From Pseudomonadota bacterium (GTDB lineage: Bacteria; Pseudomonadota; Gammaproteobacteria; Pseudomonadales; Moraxellaceae), in NCBI GenBank assembly GCA_021804485.1, contig JAJZHM010000001.1, positions 1 through 52,361 on the forward strand: DNA of 52,361 bases, read 5' to 3'. Made by a program: the position numbers and the translations under genes. This document shows, piece by piece, positions 17,825-27,301 of the stretch (position 1 is the stretch's first letter; each line of letters begins with the position of its first letter). The notes beneath the pieces are model-generated. The model was not told the DNA's origin. It worked only from the letters and a program-made list of their open reading frames with translations, and ran no database searches.

Positions 17825-19624
17825 TCATTGCCAGGATTCACGCAGTCTGGCGTAAATGCGCGGTAGAGCCAGTGGCAGGTCCTCACAACGCTGCATCAGG
17901 CTGTAACCTGCGGCACCAAACAGATAGGGCAGGTAAGGGCCGCCCTCTTTGTCGAGGGTGACGCAGAAGATGTGTGTCCCCGTGCGTCGTGCCTGCAGGA
18001 CTGCATGCCGGCAATCTTCTAGGCCATAGCGCCCTTCGTAGTAATCCCGGTCATTAGGTTTACCATCACTGAGCAGTAACAGCAAACGTTGGCTTTGTGG
18101 CTGACGATCCAGCAGGCTGACGGCATGGCGGATGGCCGGACCCATTCGGGTATAACCCTGTGGCTGCCAATAGAGCCGATTATCCTGGGCAAGAGGTTCA
18201 GCAAAGCACTTGTGTTCCTGAATATTCAGAGTTCGGCCATGCGAATGAAAACTGTAGATTGCCCAAGGGTCGTTCTGTTTTTTGAGCGTATAAGCAAGCA
18301 TGCGCAGAGCATCACTCATCACTTCGGCAATGCTGCGTCCCGAGCGCAGGGTACTTTCGGTTGAAAGAGAGGCGTCCACCAGCAGCAGACTGGCCATGTC
18401 ACGCTGGTGACGATGATTGCGCTGAAAAACCCGTTGCTGGGGTTGTCGGTCTGATTTCTGATCAATGTAGGCACTCAGGTCAAGTTCACCGTCTTCCTGG
18501 TGGCGCTGTCGTCTGGGTTGCAGATCCCAGTTCTGCCACTGTCGGTCCAACTGTCTCTGGATGGCTGCAGGCAAGGGGTGTACGGGGTGTTGTTCACATG
18601 CCTCGACCGTTTTCTGGATCACCCGACAGCAGCCACGCTGCAGTTCTTTGGCAACATAATTCCATTCATCAGCCTCATGGGTTCCAGATCTGGCTGGGAC
18701 CTGCTGTTCCGATTGATGCACATGCAGGTCCAGTACACGCTTCATGGATACTGATTGCCGACTTAGGGTGAGCCGATCCAAATCGTCCATAGCTTCGCCA
18801 GGGTCTTCATGGTCATTAGGAGCTTCCTGATGCTGGCCGGGGCTGTATTCACTCCAGCTGAAAATGGATTCCGGCCTAAAGATCAGTAGTCCTTGTTTGT
18901 CACCAGGATCCTCTTCGTAATCAAAATGGCGTACACGGTCATCCTGCTGGCTGTGATGTCTGCCGGATTTTGGCGACGATACCTCAGAAGATTCGCTGCT
19001 CTGAACGCATTTTCCCTTAAGCCCCGGCAGCAACCAAAGAACAACAGGCTCCAGCAGTTCCATCTGCAGAGGGAATTCTGCCGGTCGTTCGGGGTGAGCG
19101 AGCAAACGGCGCAGCTGCTGCTCCTGACGAGCGCGCTCCGGTGGCAGTGCTGAGGGTTCAGGTCGTCGAAGTCGTTCGGCATGGCAGAGATGACGGTAAT
19201 GCTCTGCCAGACCGGGATACTGGGCAAGAATAGCAAGGGTTGCTTGACGTTGGCGTTCCTGCCAGGTGCCTTTCCGAATACTGACCTGCGCAGCCAGAGC
19301 CGCCCACCAGTCCACCAGCCGTTGGTTATCTTCAAGGTCGGGATAGATGGCAATTGAGCCTGGAAGACCGAAGTACTGCTGGCCTAGCCGGGCGAGGCTG
19401 ATGCGTCGCCCCTGACCACCGAGACGTTGTCCCCAGTGTCTCAGGCCGGTGTAGGGGCCGGGTTCGGACTCGGCAATCTGGATACTACCTGCACCGCCCA
19501 TTGCCCGAAACATGCACAATGCCCGAGTGCGGATCTTTGTCAGGGGGACCGCTGCATCCGGATAGGATCTTTGGCCCATCCGGGTGATTTGCCGATGCCA
19601 CCACAGGCCAATCTGCTCTTCCAT
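17825..19624 (-). CDS. norD: Nitric oxide reductase activation protein NorD (VWA domain)
   Basis: The C-terminal VWA domain carries the MIDAS-like LLVDASLS and LLLLSDGKPND. The gene starts 2 nt after the norQ stop. Confidence 0.88.
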   Translation of the reverse strand: MEEQIGLWWHRQITRMGQRSYPDAAVPLTKIRTRALCMFRAMGGAGSIQIAESEPGPYTGLRHWGQRLGGQGRRISLARLGQQYFGLPGSIAIYPDLEDNQRLVDWWAALAAQVSIRKGTWQERQRQATLAILAQYPGLAEHYRHLCHAERLRRPEPSALPPERARQEQQLRRLLAHPERPAEFPLQMELLEPVVLWLLPGLKGKCVQSSESSEVSSPKSGRHHSQQDDRVRHFDYEEDPGDKQGLLIFRPESIFSWSEYSPGQHQEAPNDHEDPGEAMDDLDRLTLSRQSVSMKRVLDLHVHQSEQQVPARSGTHEADEWNYVAKELQRGCCRVIQKTVEACEQHPVHPLPAAIQRQLDRQWQNWDLQPRRQRHQEDGELDLSAYIDQKSDRQPQQRVFQRNHRHQRDMASLLLVDASLSTESTLRSGRSIAEVMSDALRMLAYTLKKQNDPWAIYSFHSHGRTLNIQEHKCFAEPLAQDNRLYWQPQGYTRMGPAIRHAVSLLDRQPQSQRLLLLLSDGKPNDRDYYEGRYGLEDCRHAVLQARRTGTHIFCVTLDKEGGPYLPYLFGAAGYSLMQRCEDLPLALPRIYARLRESWQ

Positions 19625-19626
19625 GG

Positions 19627-20415
19627 CTAGGTCTCCATCCGGCCCATGATGGCTTGCATGACCGGCCGCAGGGAAACGAGGACCTCGTTATTATCCGTCA
19701 GCGACTGCAGGACGGCTGCTTCACAGGCCTGATGAACCGGGCATCCCTGCTGGATCAGAGCAGCAGCGGCAACCAGAATACGTGTTCCCGGACCCTCCTC
19801 AAGCTCGTGGGAGGCATTACGGCGCAAGGCTTGTCCTAGGCGCACCAGACGGGTACAGAGTTCGGGATCAAGCTGCGTCTCCTGATGGATAATCTGGCAT
19901 TCGATTTCCGGAGGTGGGACATCCAGTTGCAGCGCCACGAAACGTTGCCGGGTACTGGGTTTCAGACCTTTGATGCCTTGCTGGTAGCCGGGATTATAGG
20001 AAATAACCAGCATAAAGGATGCCGCAGCATGGAGTGTTTCGCTGGTCCGTTCCAGATACAGGCAGCGACGGTCATCAGTCAGGCTGTGGATGATCACAGT
20101 GGTATCCTTGCGGGCTTCGACGGCCTCGTCCAGGTAGCAGATGCCACCACTTCGGACAGCGCGGGTGAGGGGGCCATCCTGCCACCAGGTGCCGTTGGCA
20201 TCGATCAGATGACGGCCAACAAGGTCGGCAGCACTGAGCTCATCATGACAGGCAACTGTGATCAGCGGCAGATTCAGCCGTGATGCCATGTGTTCGACCA
20301 GACGTGTCTTGCCACAGCCAGTTGGTCCTTTCAGCAGGACCGGACGTCTGGCCCTCCATGCTGTTTGAAACAGGTCAATTTCGTGTCCCTGCGGCTGGTA
20401 ATAAGGGTGGCTCAT
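19627..20415 (-). CDS. norQ: MoxR-type AAA+ ATPase NorQ/CbbQ
   Basis: Walker A GPTGCGKT and Walker B ICYLDE are present, with CbbQ/NorQ-like length (262 aa). Confidence 0.9.
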   Translation of the reverse strand: MSHPYYQPQGHEIDLFQTAWRARRPVLLKGPTGCGKTRLVEHMASRLNLPLITVACHDELSAADLVGRHLIDANGTWWQDGPLTRAVRSGGICYLDEAVEARKDTTVIIHSLTDDRRCLYLERTSETLHAAASFMLVISYNPGYQQGIKGLKPSTRQRFVALQLDVPPPEIECQIIHQETQLDPELCTRLVRLGQALRRNASHELEEGPGTRILVAAAALIQQGCPVHQACEAAVLQSLTDNNEVLVSLRPVMQAIMGRMET

Positions 20416-20437
20416 GATGCAATCTCCGCTTTAGGTC

Positions 20438-20701
20438 TCAAGTCGTTCCTGACAGGAAGGACAGGCTGCTGATCCAGCCAAGAACCAGCACCAGATAAAT
20501 CAGGAATAGCGAGCGCCAGGCCCAGTGACTGCGTTTGAGCCCCATGAAGTAGTCAACCACCAACTGGCCCTTGCCCAAGGTCAGCAGCGGCAACAGAAAA
20601 GCCCAGCTGCTGGAAAGATTGAGGCTGAGCTGCCGGCTCATCAATGTCAGAATCAGCAGCAGAACCCAGACTGGCCAGAGTGTTTCTGTAGAGGAAAACA
20701 T
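20438..20701 (-). CDS. Small membrane protein, prokaryotic cytochrome oxidase subunit IV-like (NorF-like)
   Basis: An 87 aa product with about 3 TM helices and the motif GKGQLVVDYFMGLK, typical of the bacterial COX-IV family. Positioned between norE and norQ. Confidence 0.55.
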   Translation of the reverse strand: MFSSTETLWPVWVLLLILTLMSRQLSLNLSSSWAFLLPLLTLGKGQLVVDYFMGLKRSHWAWRSLFLIYLVLVLGWISSLSFLSGTT

Positions 20702-20711
20702 GAATGCGCTC

Positions 20712-21296
20712 CTAAATCAGTACATACAGTTGCAGAAATAAAATCAGCCAGACCAGATCGACCATATGCCAGTATGAGGCCACCGTATCGACTCCGCTGT
20801 AGTCCCTGGGTAGGTCGCTGCTGGTGATTTTGCAGGTAACCACTGCGATGATGGTTAGTCCGAGCAGGACATGCATGAAATGAAAGAAGGTCATGCACCA
20901 GTAGAAGGTGGCAAACAGACTGCTGGACAGAGTTAGTCCAGTTCGGATATCCACAGAAAACTCATGCAGTTTCATCAATATGAAGCCGGTGCCAACTGCC
21001 AGGGCAATGACCAAGGCGATCAGGACTTCGGATCGGTTACGTCCCATAGCCTGTCGGTGAGCGGCCTCAGCCATGGCATAGCTGCCACTGAGCAAAAGCA
21101 GGGTATTGACCAGTCCCCAAGTGCGGTGCAGTTGCAGCTGCAAGGTCTGAAACTGGAGCAGATGCTGATGCTTGACCCAGGCAAAAACCATGAAAAATAG
21201 AGCAAAGACCAGAAGTTCAGCCATGATGAACACCCAGATGGCCAGATCGCCAGGTAAGGGTTGATCCTGCGCTGCATTCGTGATCCGTATTGACAT
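20712..21296 (-). CDS. norE: Cytochrome oxidase subunit III-like protein NorE
   Basis: A CoxIII-like polytopic protein. Start set at ATG 21296, with GGAGGA 4 nt upstream. The track ORF begins at GTG 21344, which has no RBS. Confidence 0.8.
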   Translation of the reverse strand: MSIRITNAAQDQPLPGDLAIWVFIMAELLVFALFFMVFAWVKHQHLLQFQTLQLQLHRTWGLVNTLLLLSGSYAMAEAAHRQAMGRNRSEVLIALVIALAVGTGFILMKLHEFSVDIRTGLTLSSSLFATFYWCMTFFHFMHVLLGLTIIAVVTCKITSSDLPRDYSGVDTVASYWHMVDLVWLILFLQLYVLI

Positions 21297-21350
21297 GCTT
21301 CCTCCAGAGGATGAGGCAGGAGCATGCCCGTAAGCATGCTCCACCGGTTT

Positions 21351-22751
21351 TCAGGATTCCAGGGCGCGACGTGTTTCTTGGTCAAAGGCATAAGCACCGG
21401 GGATGACAAAACTGATCAGATAGCAGATCAGTCCACCGAGAAATCCAAAGCCAAAGCCTTCACGCAAAATGAAAAAGATACGTGCCTGATCCTGAACATC
21501 CATAAAACTCATGGGACTAGTGCCGGATCGTTGCAGGAAAATGGTGACCAGTCCCGCACCGGTCAAGCTGAGGGCAATACCCAGCATGGACAGGGCCATG
21601 ATCCAGAAACCGGTCATCTCCCAGCGCTGAGACTTCAGGCTGTTGGCCTCACGGCCGCGCAGATGGGGCATGGCATACGAGATAATGGCCAAAGCTACCA
21701 TGGCATAGGCACCAAAAAAGGCCAGATGTCCATGTGCAGCCGTCATGTTGCTGCCATGAGCCAATCGCTGTACCGGTGCCAGGGTGATCATGAATCCCCA
21801 GAGACCTGCGCCCAGGAAGGCCATGATTGGAGTGCCCATACTCCATAGGGTGGCGGCACGATTAGGGTGCTGATGGCGACGTTTGAACAGGATTCCTAGG
21901 GCAAAGACAATCAGCATGATGAATGGTACCGGCTCAAGAGCACTGAAGATCGAGCCAATCCAGATCCAGTAAGCCGGTGCACCAATGAAATAGTAGTGGT
22001 GCCCAATCCCGAGAATGCCAGTAACCAGGGTCATGCTGACGATGATGTACATCCATTTTTCCACAACTTCACGGTCAATCCCGGTTGTGCGAATCAGGAT
22101 AAATCCGAGCAGGGCACTAAGAATCAGTTCCCAGTCACCTTCAACCCAGCCGTGGACGACCCACCACCAGCTGTAACTGGCCTTAACGGTGTCGACCGGA
22201 AAATAAAAGGCAGGCAGAAACAGCAAGGCCAGACCCCAGAGGCTTCCAACCAGAATGATGTTGAGCGAGGTCTTTCGCCCCTTGACCAGGGTCATCGTGA
22301 TGTTGAACAGCAAGGACAATGCAACCAAGACGATGCCAACCTTGGTTGGCAGTGGTTGCTCGAGATACCCTCGTCCCATGGTGGGCAGGATCTCATTGCC
22401 GGTAATGGCAGCCAAATGACTGTAAGGAATGAAAAGATAGCCCAGAATGGTCAGGGCTCCAGCCAGAAAGAACACCCAGAACGTCGCAAAAGCCAGACGA
22501 GGTGAATACAGTTCAGTTTGAGCCTCTTGAGGGACAATATAGTAGGCGGCACCCATGAAGGCCATCAGTAACCAGACAATCAGCAGGTTGGTATGCACCA
22601 TGCGCGTCGTACTAAAGGGCAGTTCAGGAAATAGAAATGTTCCGTCAATGTACTGATAACCTGCCAGAAGACCAAAAATGATTTGCCCGGAAAACAGCAG
22701 CAGTGCGGCTGCAAAGTAGGGCAGGGCGACCCGTTGCGATACAAATTTCAT
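21351..22751 (-). CDS. norB: Nitric oxide reductase large subunit (cNOR)
   Basis: A 466 aa heme-copper-oxidase-like protein with 12 TM helices and conserved His clusters (HHYY, HGHLAFFGAY). It lies immediately downstream of norC. Confidence 0.93.
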   Translation of the reverse strand: MKFVSQRVALPYFAAALLLFSGQIIFGLLAGYQYIDGTFLFPELPFSTTRMVHTNLLIVWLLMAFMGAAYYIVPQEAQTELYSPRLAFATFWVFFLAGALTILGYLFIPYSHLAAITGNEILPTMGRGYLEQPLPTKVGIVLVALSLLFNITMTLVKGRKTSLNIILVGSLWGLALLFLPAFYFPVDTVKASYSWWWVVHGWVEGDWELILSALLGFILIRTTGIDREVVEKWMYIIVSMTLVTGILGIGHHYYFIGAPAYWIWIGSIFSALEPVPFIMLIVFALGILFKRRHQHPNRAATLWSMGTPIMAFLGAGLWGFMITLAPVQRLAHGSNMTAAHGHLAFFGAYAMVALAIISYAMPHLRGREANSLKSQRWEMTGFWIMALSMLGIALSLTGAGLVTIFLQRSGTSPMSFMDVQDQARIFFILREGFGFGFLGGLICYLISFVIPGAYAFDQETRRALES

Positions 22752-22780
22752 GTCAGCTCCAGATGAAGTAGGTAGGGAAA

Positions 22781-23206
22781 TTAACCCTGGATGTTAGGTG
22801 GCCAGCCATTGGTATCGATATGTGAAAGCCATTTCAGATAGGCAGTGATATCGTCAAGGTTCTGGTTGCTAAAATTGAACTGAGGCATCTGTCGACGTCC
22901 TGTAACCCCCGATGGCTGGATGCGGATCCATGCCTTAATAAAATCCGGGCCACGGCGGGTGTAAACATTGCCGAGTTCTGGAGCAAAATATGCTCCTTCA
23001 CCGTTGATGGTGTGACAGCCGATGCAGTTGTTGGAATCGACCAGATATTTTCCTCGCTGCGCCGAAAGACTCATGTCGGCAGCATGGTCCCGCTGTGGAA
23101 TTTGACTCCAGGTGTCGATGCTCAGTGCCATATAAAGAACCAGAAAAAAGACAGCGCTGCCCAGAAATATATTTCTGGCCATAGCTTTGCTGAAAACCTG
23201 TTTCAT
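22781..23206 (-). CDS. norC: Nitric oxide reductase cytochrome c subunit
   Basis: An N-terminal TM anchor and the heme c motif CIGCH are present, with NorC-like length of 141 aa. Confidence 0.92.
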   Translation of the reverse strand: MKQVFSKAMARNIFLGSAVFFLVLYMALSIDTWSQIPQRDHAADMSLSAQRGKYLVDSNNCIGCHTINGEGAYFAPELGNVYTRRGPDFIKAWIRIQPSGVTGRRQMPQFNFSNQNLDDITAYLKWLSHIDTNGWPPNIQG

Positions 23207-23210
23207 CTCC

Positions 23211-23888
23211 TTACTCCTGGGTGAGGCCGGCGAAAAGAACGTGATTTTCCAGATGGATGTGTTCCATCAGCTGTTCCTCAAGATGATGCAACTCGTGGTA
23301 CAGCGCCCGCCATGTCGTACAGGCATCGTCAGGAGTCTGGATGTCACTGGTAAGTTGGCGCATGTGATCCAGTGCTTCACCATGCTGCACATGTTCACGC
23401 ATCATCACGGCAATCGGACCCTCGGGGCGATGGCCAGGCTGATGGTTCAGCATGGGGAAGAGCACTTGTTCTTCCTTGATCATATGGCTTTCCAGTTCCT
23501 GCACCATCTGGTCAAGGAAATCAGTCAGGCCGTGTGGACAGGACGGATGCTGAACATGGACCCGTTCAACCCGGCGTGCCAGACGAATCAGTTCAGGTAG
23601 TTGCTGACGATGTTGTTCATGGTAATTCTGGACAATGTGCTGGGTCAGATCGCGGGTGGTGTACTGGGTCCAGTCGGTAGCCTTTTGCCCACGTGAAAGC
23701 AGCGGCGACAGATCTTGCACGACACGCTCAAGATCCAGATTACGATTCAGGCAGGCCTCGGCAAGGCTTTGTTGGCCCCGGCAGCAGAAATCCAGTCGAT
23801 AGTGGTGCAGGATCGCAGTTGCTCCGGGTATGTTCAGGGCAAGGGTACTGAGCGGAAGCTCGGTTAGTTCATGTGGATCGGAATACAT
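23211..23888 (-). CDS. ytfE: Iron-sulfur cluster repair di-iron protein (YtfE/RIC/NorA/DnrN family)
   Basis: An ScdA_N-type N-terminus (LDFCCRGQQSLAEAC) and hemerythrin-like His/Glu motifs are present. ATG 23888 has GGAG 6 nt upstream; an alternative ATG is at 23900. The stop lies 4 nt before the norC start. Confidence 0.88.
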   Translation of the reverse strand: MYSDPHELTELPLSTLALNIPGATAILHHYRLDFCCRGQQSLAEACLNRNLDLERVVQDLSPLLSRGQKATDWTQYTTRDLTQHIVQNYHEQHRQQLPELIRLARRVERVHVQHPSCPHGLTDFLDQMVQELESHMIKEEQVLFPMLNHQPGHRPEGPIAVMMREHVQHGEALDHMRQLTSDIQTPDDACTTWRALYHELHHLEEQLMEHIHLENHVLFAGLTQE

Positions 23889-23924
23889 GAGAGACTCCAT
23901 TCTTGACTTGGGTATATAGCGCTA

Positions 23925-23940
23925 AGCAAGGACGATGCCA
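23925..23940 (-). promoter_or_regulatory. Sigma54 (-24/-12) promoter for the ytfE-nor operon
   Basis: The minus strand reads TGGCAT-CGTCC-TTGCT, against the consensus TGGCAC-N5-TTGCW. It lies about 35 nt upstream of the ytfE start. Confidence 0.75.
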
Positions 23941-23980
23941 TATAAAATAGTTATTAAATACAATTTGTTAAAAATAATAT

Positions 23981-24037
23981 GGTAATTTATACCAAAGTCT
24001 GTTAGGGTAAATAAAACCATATAAGGTATTTATTACC
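23981..24037. promoter_or_regulatory. Three NorR boxes (GGT-N7-ACC), forming an upstream activating sequence
   Basis: GGTAATTTATACC (23981-23993), GGTAAATAAAACC (24006-24018) and GGTATTTATTACC (24025-24037). They sit in a very AT-rich spacer between divergent ytfE and norR. Confidence 0.75.
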
Positions 24038-25552
24038 ATGGATGAAGAAATCCTTCTGGCTGATTTGGTGATGTCCCTACCTCCGGCCGTGCGTCTGCAA
24101 AGGGTCGTTCAGACGCTACGCAGCTATTTCAGGTGTGATGCGGTGGCCTTGCTGCATCTGCAGGATGAACAATTGATTCCGGTCGCAGCCGAAGGACTGG
24201 AGCAGGAAGTATTCGGTCGCCGATTCAAAGTGGCCTTGCATCCCAGATTTTCAGCCATTCTGGCGCAGCGAGAAGCTATGCGTTTCCGTCCCGGAACGGA
24301 ACTTCCTGATCCCTACGATGGTTTATTGGCTAACCAGTTGGGATTGCCTTTGCCCGTTCATGACTGCATGGGTGTTTCCCTGTATGTGGAAGGGCAGCGT
24401 TGGGGTGTCCTGACTCTGGATGCCCTAGAAAAAGATGTTTTTGATGAGACCATGCGACTGGAACTGGCCCGCCATATTATTCTGGTCGAGGCAGCCATTC
24501 GCATGACGCGTCTGGAGGAGGAGGTGCGTAGTTTGCGGATCCAGCCTGCCGGCAATGAACAGGGGGGCGCCTGGTATGCATCTGCTCCCGATATTATTGG
24601 TCGCAGTCCGGTGCTGCTTTCCCTGCTCCAGGAACTGCAGGTGGTAGCAACTTCCGATGTCCCCGTGACTTTGCTCGGGGAAACCGGTGTTGGCAAAGAA
24701 CTTTTTGCCCGCTATCTGCATGTTCGCTCTCTACGTACCGGTCCACTGGTGCAGGTCAATTGCGCCGCCCTGCCAGAGTCACTGGCAGAAAGTGAGCTCT
24801 TTGGCCATGTTCGTGGCGCTTTTTCCGGGGCAACCAGTGATCGCGCCGGGCGATTTGAAGCAGCAGAGGGCGGAACGCTTTTTTTGGATGAGGTCGGTGA
24901 ATTGCCCGTGACCATTCAGGCTAAATTGCTCAGAGCCTTGCAGAATGGTGAAATCCAGCGTCTTGGTGAAGATCAGCCACGCAAGGTTCAGGTACGAATC
25001 ATTGCAGCCACCAATCGTAATCTGCAACTCTCGGTTCGTGAGGGGGCTTTCCGTGCTGACCTGTACCATCGGCTGTCCGTCTATCCAGTGCCGATTCCCC
25101 CCCTGCGTGAGCGTGGTCAGGATATCCTGATGCTGGCAGGTCATTTTCTCGAACTCAACAGGGCCCGTATGGGCTTAAGAAGCGTACGACTGTCACCTGA
25201 AGCCGAGTATGTGCTGATGCAGTATGCATGGCCGGGAAATATCCGTGAACTGGAGCATGTCATCAGTCGGGCCATTATCAAGGCCGTGTCCCAAGGAGGG
25301 CGACGCACGGCCATGCTGACTCTAAGTCCACAGATTCTCGATCTTGATCCGGAAGTATCGACACCTCAACCCCCCATGATGATTGATCATACTGTAACGA
25401 CATCGCTGCTGGAGGCTACACGGATTTTTCAGCGGCATTACATTCAGCAGGCCATCAATCGTTCTGAGGGGAACTGGGCGGCAGCAGCCCGTATGCTTAA
25501 TCTGGATGCAAGCAATCTGCACAAACTCGCCCGACGGCTCGGTCTTCGCTAG
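24038..25552 (+). CDS. norR: Sigma54-dependent NO-responsive transcriptional activator NorR
   Basis: An N-terminal GAF-like domain is followed by an AAA+ domain with [15 protein letters not shown] and GAFSGA (a GAFTGA variant). There is a C-terminal HTH. The gene is divergent from the ytfE-nor operon. Confidence 0.9.
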   Translation: MDEEILLADLVMSLPPAVRLQRVVQTLRSYFRCDAVALLHLQDEQLIPVAAEGLEQEVFGRRFKVALHPRFSAILAQREAMRFRPGTELPDPYDGLLANQLGLPLPVHDCMGVSLYVEGQRWGVLTLDALEKDVFDETMRLELARHIILVEAAIRMTRLEEEVRSLRIQPAGNEQGGAWYASAPDIIGRSPVLLSLLQELQVVATSDVPVTLLGETGVGKELFARYLHVRSLRTGPLVQVNCAALPESLAESELFGHVRGAFSGATSDRAGRFEAAEGGTLFLDEVGELPVTIQAKLLRALQNGEIQRLGEDQPRKVQVRIIAATNRNLQLSVREGAFRADLYHRLSVYPVPIPPLRERGQDILMLAGHFLELNRARMGLRSVRLSPEAEYVLMQYAWPGNIRELEHVISRAIIKAVSQGGRRTAMLTLSPQILDLDPEVSTPQPPMMIDHTVTTSLLEATRIFQRHYIQQAINRSEGNWAAAARMLNLDASNLHKLARRLGLR

Positions 25553-25656
25553 TTGATTCTTGATAAATCATACAAAAAACCGTTTGTCGTTTTATTGTAA
25601 GTATGCTGAAAATTCTCTGCTAAACCGTTAAGGCGACTTTAGCAAAGGAGACAAGG

Positions 25657-26853
25657 ATGAAGGCGCGTCAATGGGTCATGCTCATGATGATGGGAATGGG
25701 CAGCAGTGTTTGGGCTATTACGGCAACGACGACGGGTTTTGCTTCGTTGATTGGCGGGGATGTTAGCTCCGGATCGCCTGGTACTCCGGGTGGTTCTGTA
25801 GGAATGGGTGGTGTATCTCCGGTGGTATCAGTACCGAGTGTGGATCCTGTTCTGAATAATGGTCATTGCCCTTGTGCTGTGGGCAACTGGCCAAATGTCG
25901 GTATTTACGGTGATCACCGATTCAGTATCCGTCCTGAGTCAAGGGCGGGTGTGCAGGAAAATATCCAGTTCAACAATGGGATTTCCATGGTGGGAGAACT
26001 AACCGCCCGTCTTTCACCGCATCAGTATGGTGATGTGACACCAGACTGGCTCTATGTCGGTTATGATCTGACACCCAGTTGGACCATCCAGGCAGGCCGC
26101 AAGCGTTTACCCCTGTTCATGTACTCGGATTTTATTGACATCGGCTTTGACTATCCCTGGATGAGGGCGCCAGGGGATCTTTATGGCTGGCAGATTGATC
26201 ACTATAACGGCATGAATCTGTTATATAACAATACGATTCATGATGTCAGTGTGACCTGGAACCTTTGGACGGGTGCCGAGCACGACCGCAATAACAAAAT
26301 GCTTCAGCTGATGTACTACAACAGCAGTCCAGGGGATGGTAGTAACGGTCAGCCAATCAATGAATACTGGTACAACATGGTTGGCAGCTATCTTGATTTC
26401 AGCAAGGACTGGTGGGATGTGCGTGTCGTCTACATGCAGAATGAAGTAACACGTTCCCAGATCGGGGAAGGACTGTACCACAGCGCCGATCACCAGAAAT
26501 TCCAGGGTATTTCGGTGAACCTAGATCCGGGTAACTGGGTCGTCCGTTCGGAATTCAATGAGTTCTTGCGTCCAAGTGCCACTGACCTTGATTTTTACCA
26601 TTCTTCCTTGTTAGGTGTTGGTTATCACATCGGTAATTTTTTGCCGATGCTGACTTACTCATCCTTCCATGAAGACAACTATACCGGCCCCTACTATGCC
26701 GAAAGTCATTTTACCCGTACGGCCACGCTGCGTTGGGATTTCCGTCGTGGTATGGATCTGAAGATTCAGTACGATGATACGGTGGACCATTCCCACTGGC
26801 CATTTCTCGGCAATACGAAACTGGTGACTGCCGGTTTCGACATGGTCTTCTAG
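25657..26853 (+). CDS. Predicted outer-membrane beta-barrel protein (porin-like), family not recognised
   Basis: A signal peptide (MGMGSSVWA) and a Gly/Ser/Pro-rich linker are present. The body is aromatic-rich with alternating-pattern segments. The C-terminal residue is Phe (GFDMVF). Confidence 0.6.
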   Translation: MKARQWVMLMMMGMGSSVWAITATTTGFASLIGGDVSSGSPGTPGGSVGMGGVSPVVSVPSVDPVLNNGHCPCAVGNWPNVGIYGDHRFSIRPESRAGVQENIQFNNGISMVGELTARLSPHQYGDVTPDWLYVGYDLTPSWTIQAGRKRLPLFMYSDFIDIGFDYPWMRAPGDLYGWQIDHYNGMNLLYNNTIHDVSVTWNLWTGAEHDRNNKMLQLMYYNSSPGDGSNGQPINEYWYNMVGSYLDFSKDWWDVRVVYMQNEVTRSQIGEGLYHSADHQKFQGISVNLDPGNWVVRSEFNEFLRPSATDLDFYHSSLLGVGYHIGNFLPMLTYSSFHEDNYTGPYYAESHFTRTATLRWDFRRGMDLKIQYDDTVDHSHWPFLGNTKLVTAGFDMVF

Positions 26854-26864
26854 GAGCAATGATC

Positions 26865-27284
26865 ATGAATACGAAGCTAAGGATTCTGGCAATGATCGGG
26901 GCTATCTGGATGATACCGGTGGCTTGTGCGGATATTGTGGTGATTGTCAATCCCAATAATCCGGTAAATCTCAGTTCTGAAGAAATCAAGAATATCTTTC
27001 TGGGTAAATCCAAGTATTTCCCTGATGGCAAACCGGCTCTTCCCATTCAGCTGAAAGAGGGATCACAGGGATATGAGACGTTTGCTGAGCATGTGCTGCA
27101 GAAAAATGATAATCAGCTCAGGGCCTACTGGAGTCGGCTGGTGTTTACTGGACGATCAACGCCGCCGAAGGAAATTGAATCAGAAGCGGAAGTTGTCGAT
27201 CTTGTGGCACACAATCCGAATCTGATCGGATATGTTTCACAGAATGTGGTCCAAAATGCCAAGGTACGGGAGATCAAACCCTGA
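26865..27284 (+). CDS. Small periplasmic PstS/PBP-like domain protein
   Basis: A signal peptide is followed by IVVIVNPNNPVNLSSEEIKNIFLGK...YWSRLVFTG, which resembles short phosphate-binding-protein-like (PBP_like_2) proteins. AGGAG lies 8 nt upstream of ATG 26865. Confidence 0.6.
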   Translation: MNTKLRILAMIGAIWMIPVACADIVVIVNPNNPVNLSSEEIKNIFLGKSKYFPDGKPALPIQLKEGSQGYETFAEHVLQKNDNQLRAYWSRLVFTGRSTPPKEIESEAEVVDLVAHNPNLIGYVSQNVVQNAKVREIKP

Positions 27285-27301
27285 CCTATACCCGGGATTC
27301 C

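Noticed and set aside
17802-17826. GATGATC-N6-GATCATC hairpin with a GGATGGAT direct repeat between convergent nnrS and norD
   Set aside because: The stem is only 7 bp, AT-rich, without a U-tract, and it overlaps both stop codons. It is too weak to call a terminator.
21297-21344. GTG-initiated 16-codon extension of norE
   Set aside because: No RBS precedes GTG 21344, whereas GGAGGA precedes ATG 21296. The shorter product matches the usual NorE length.
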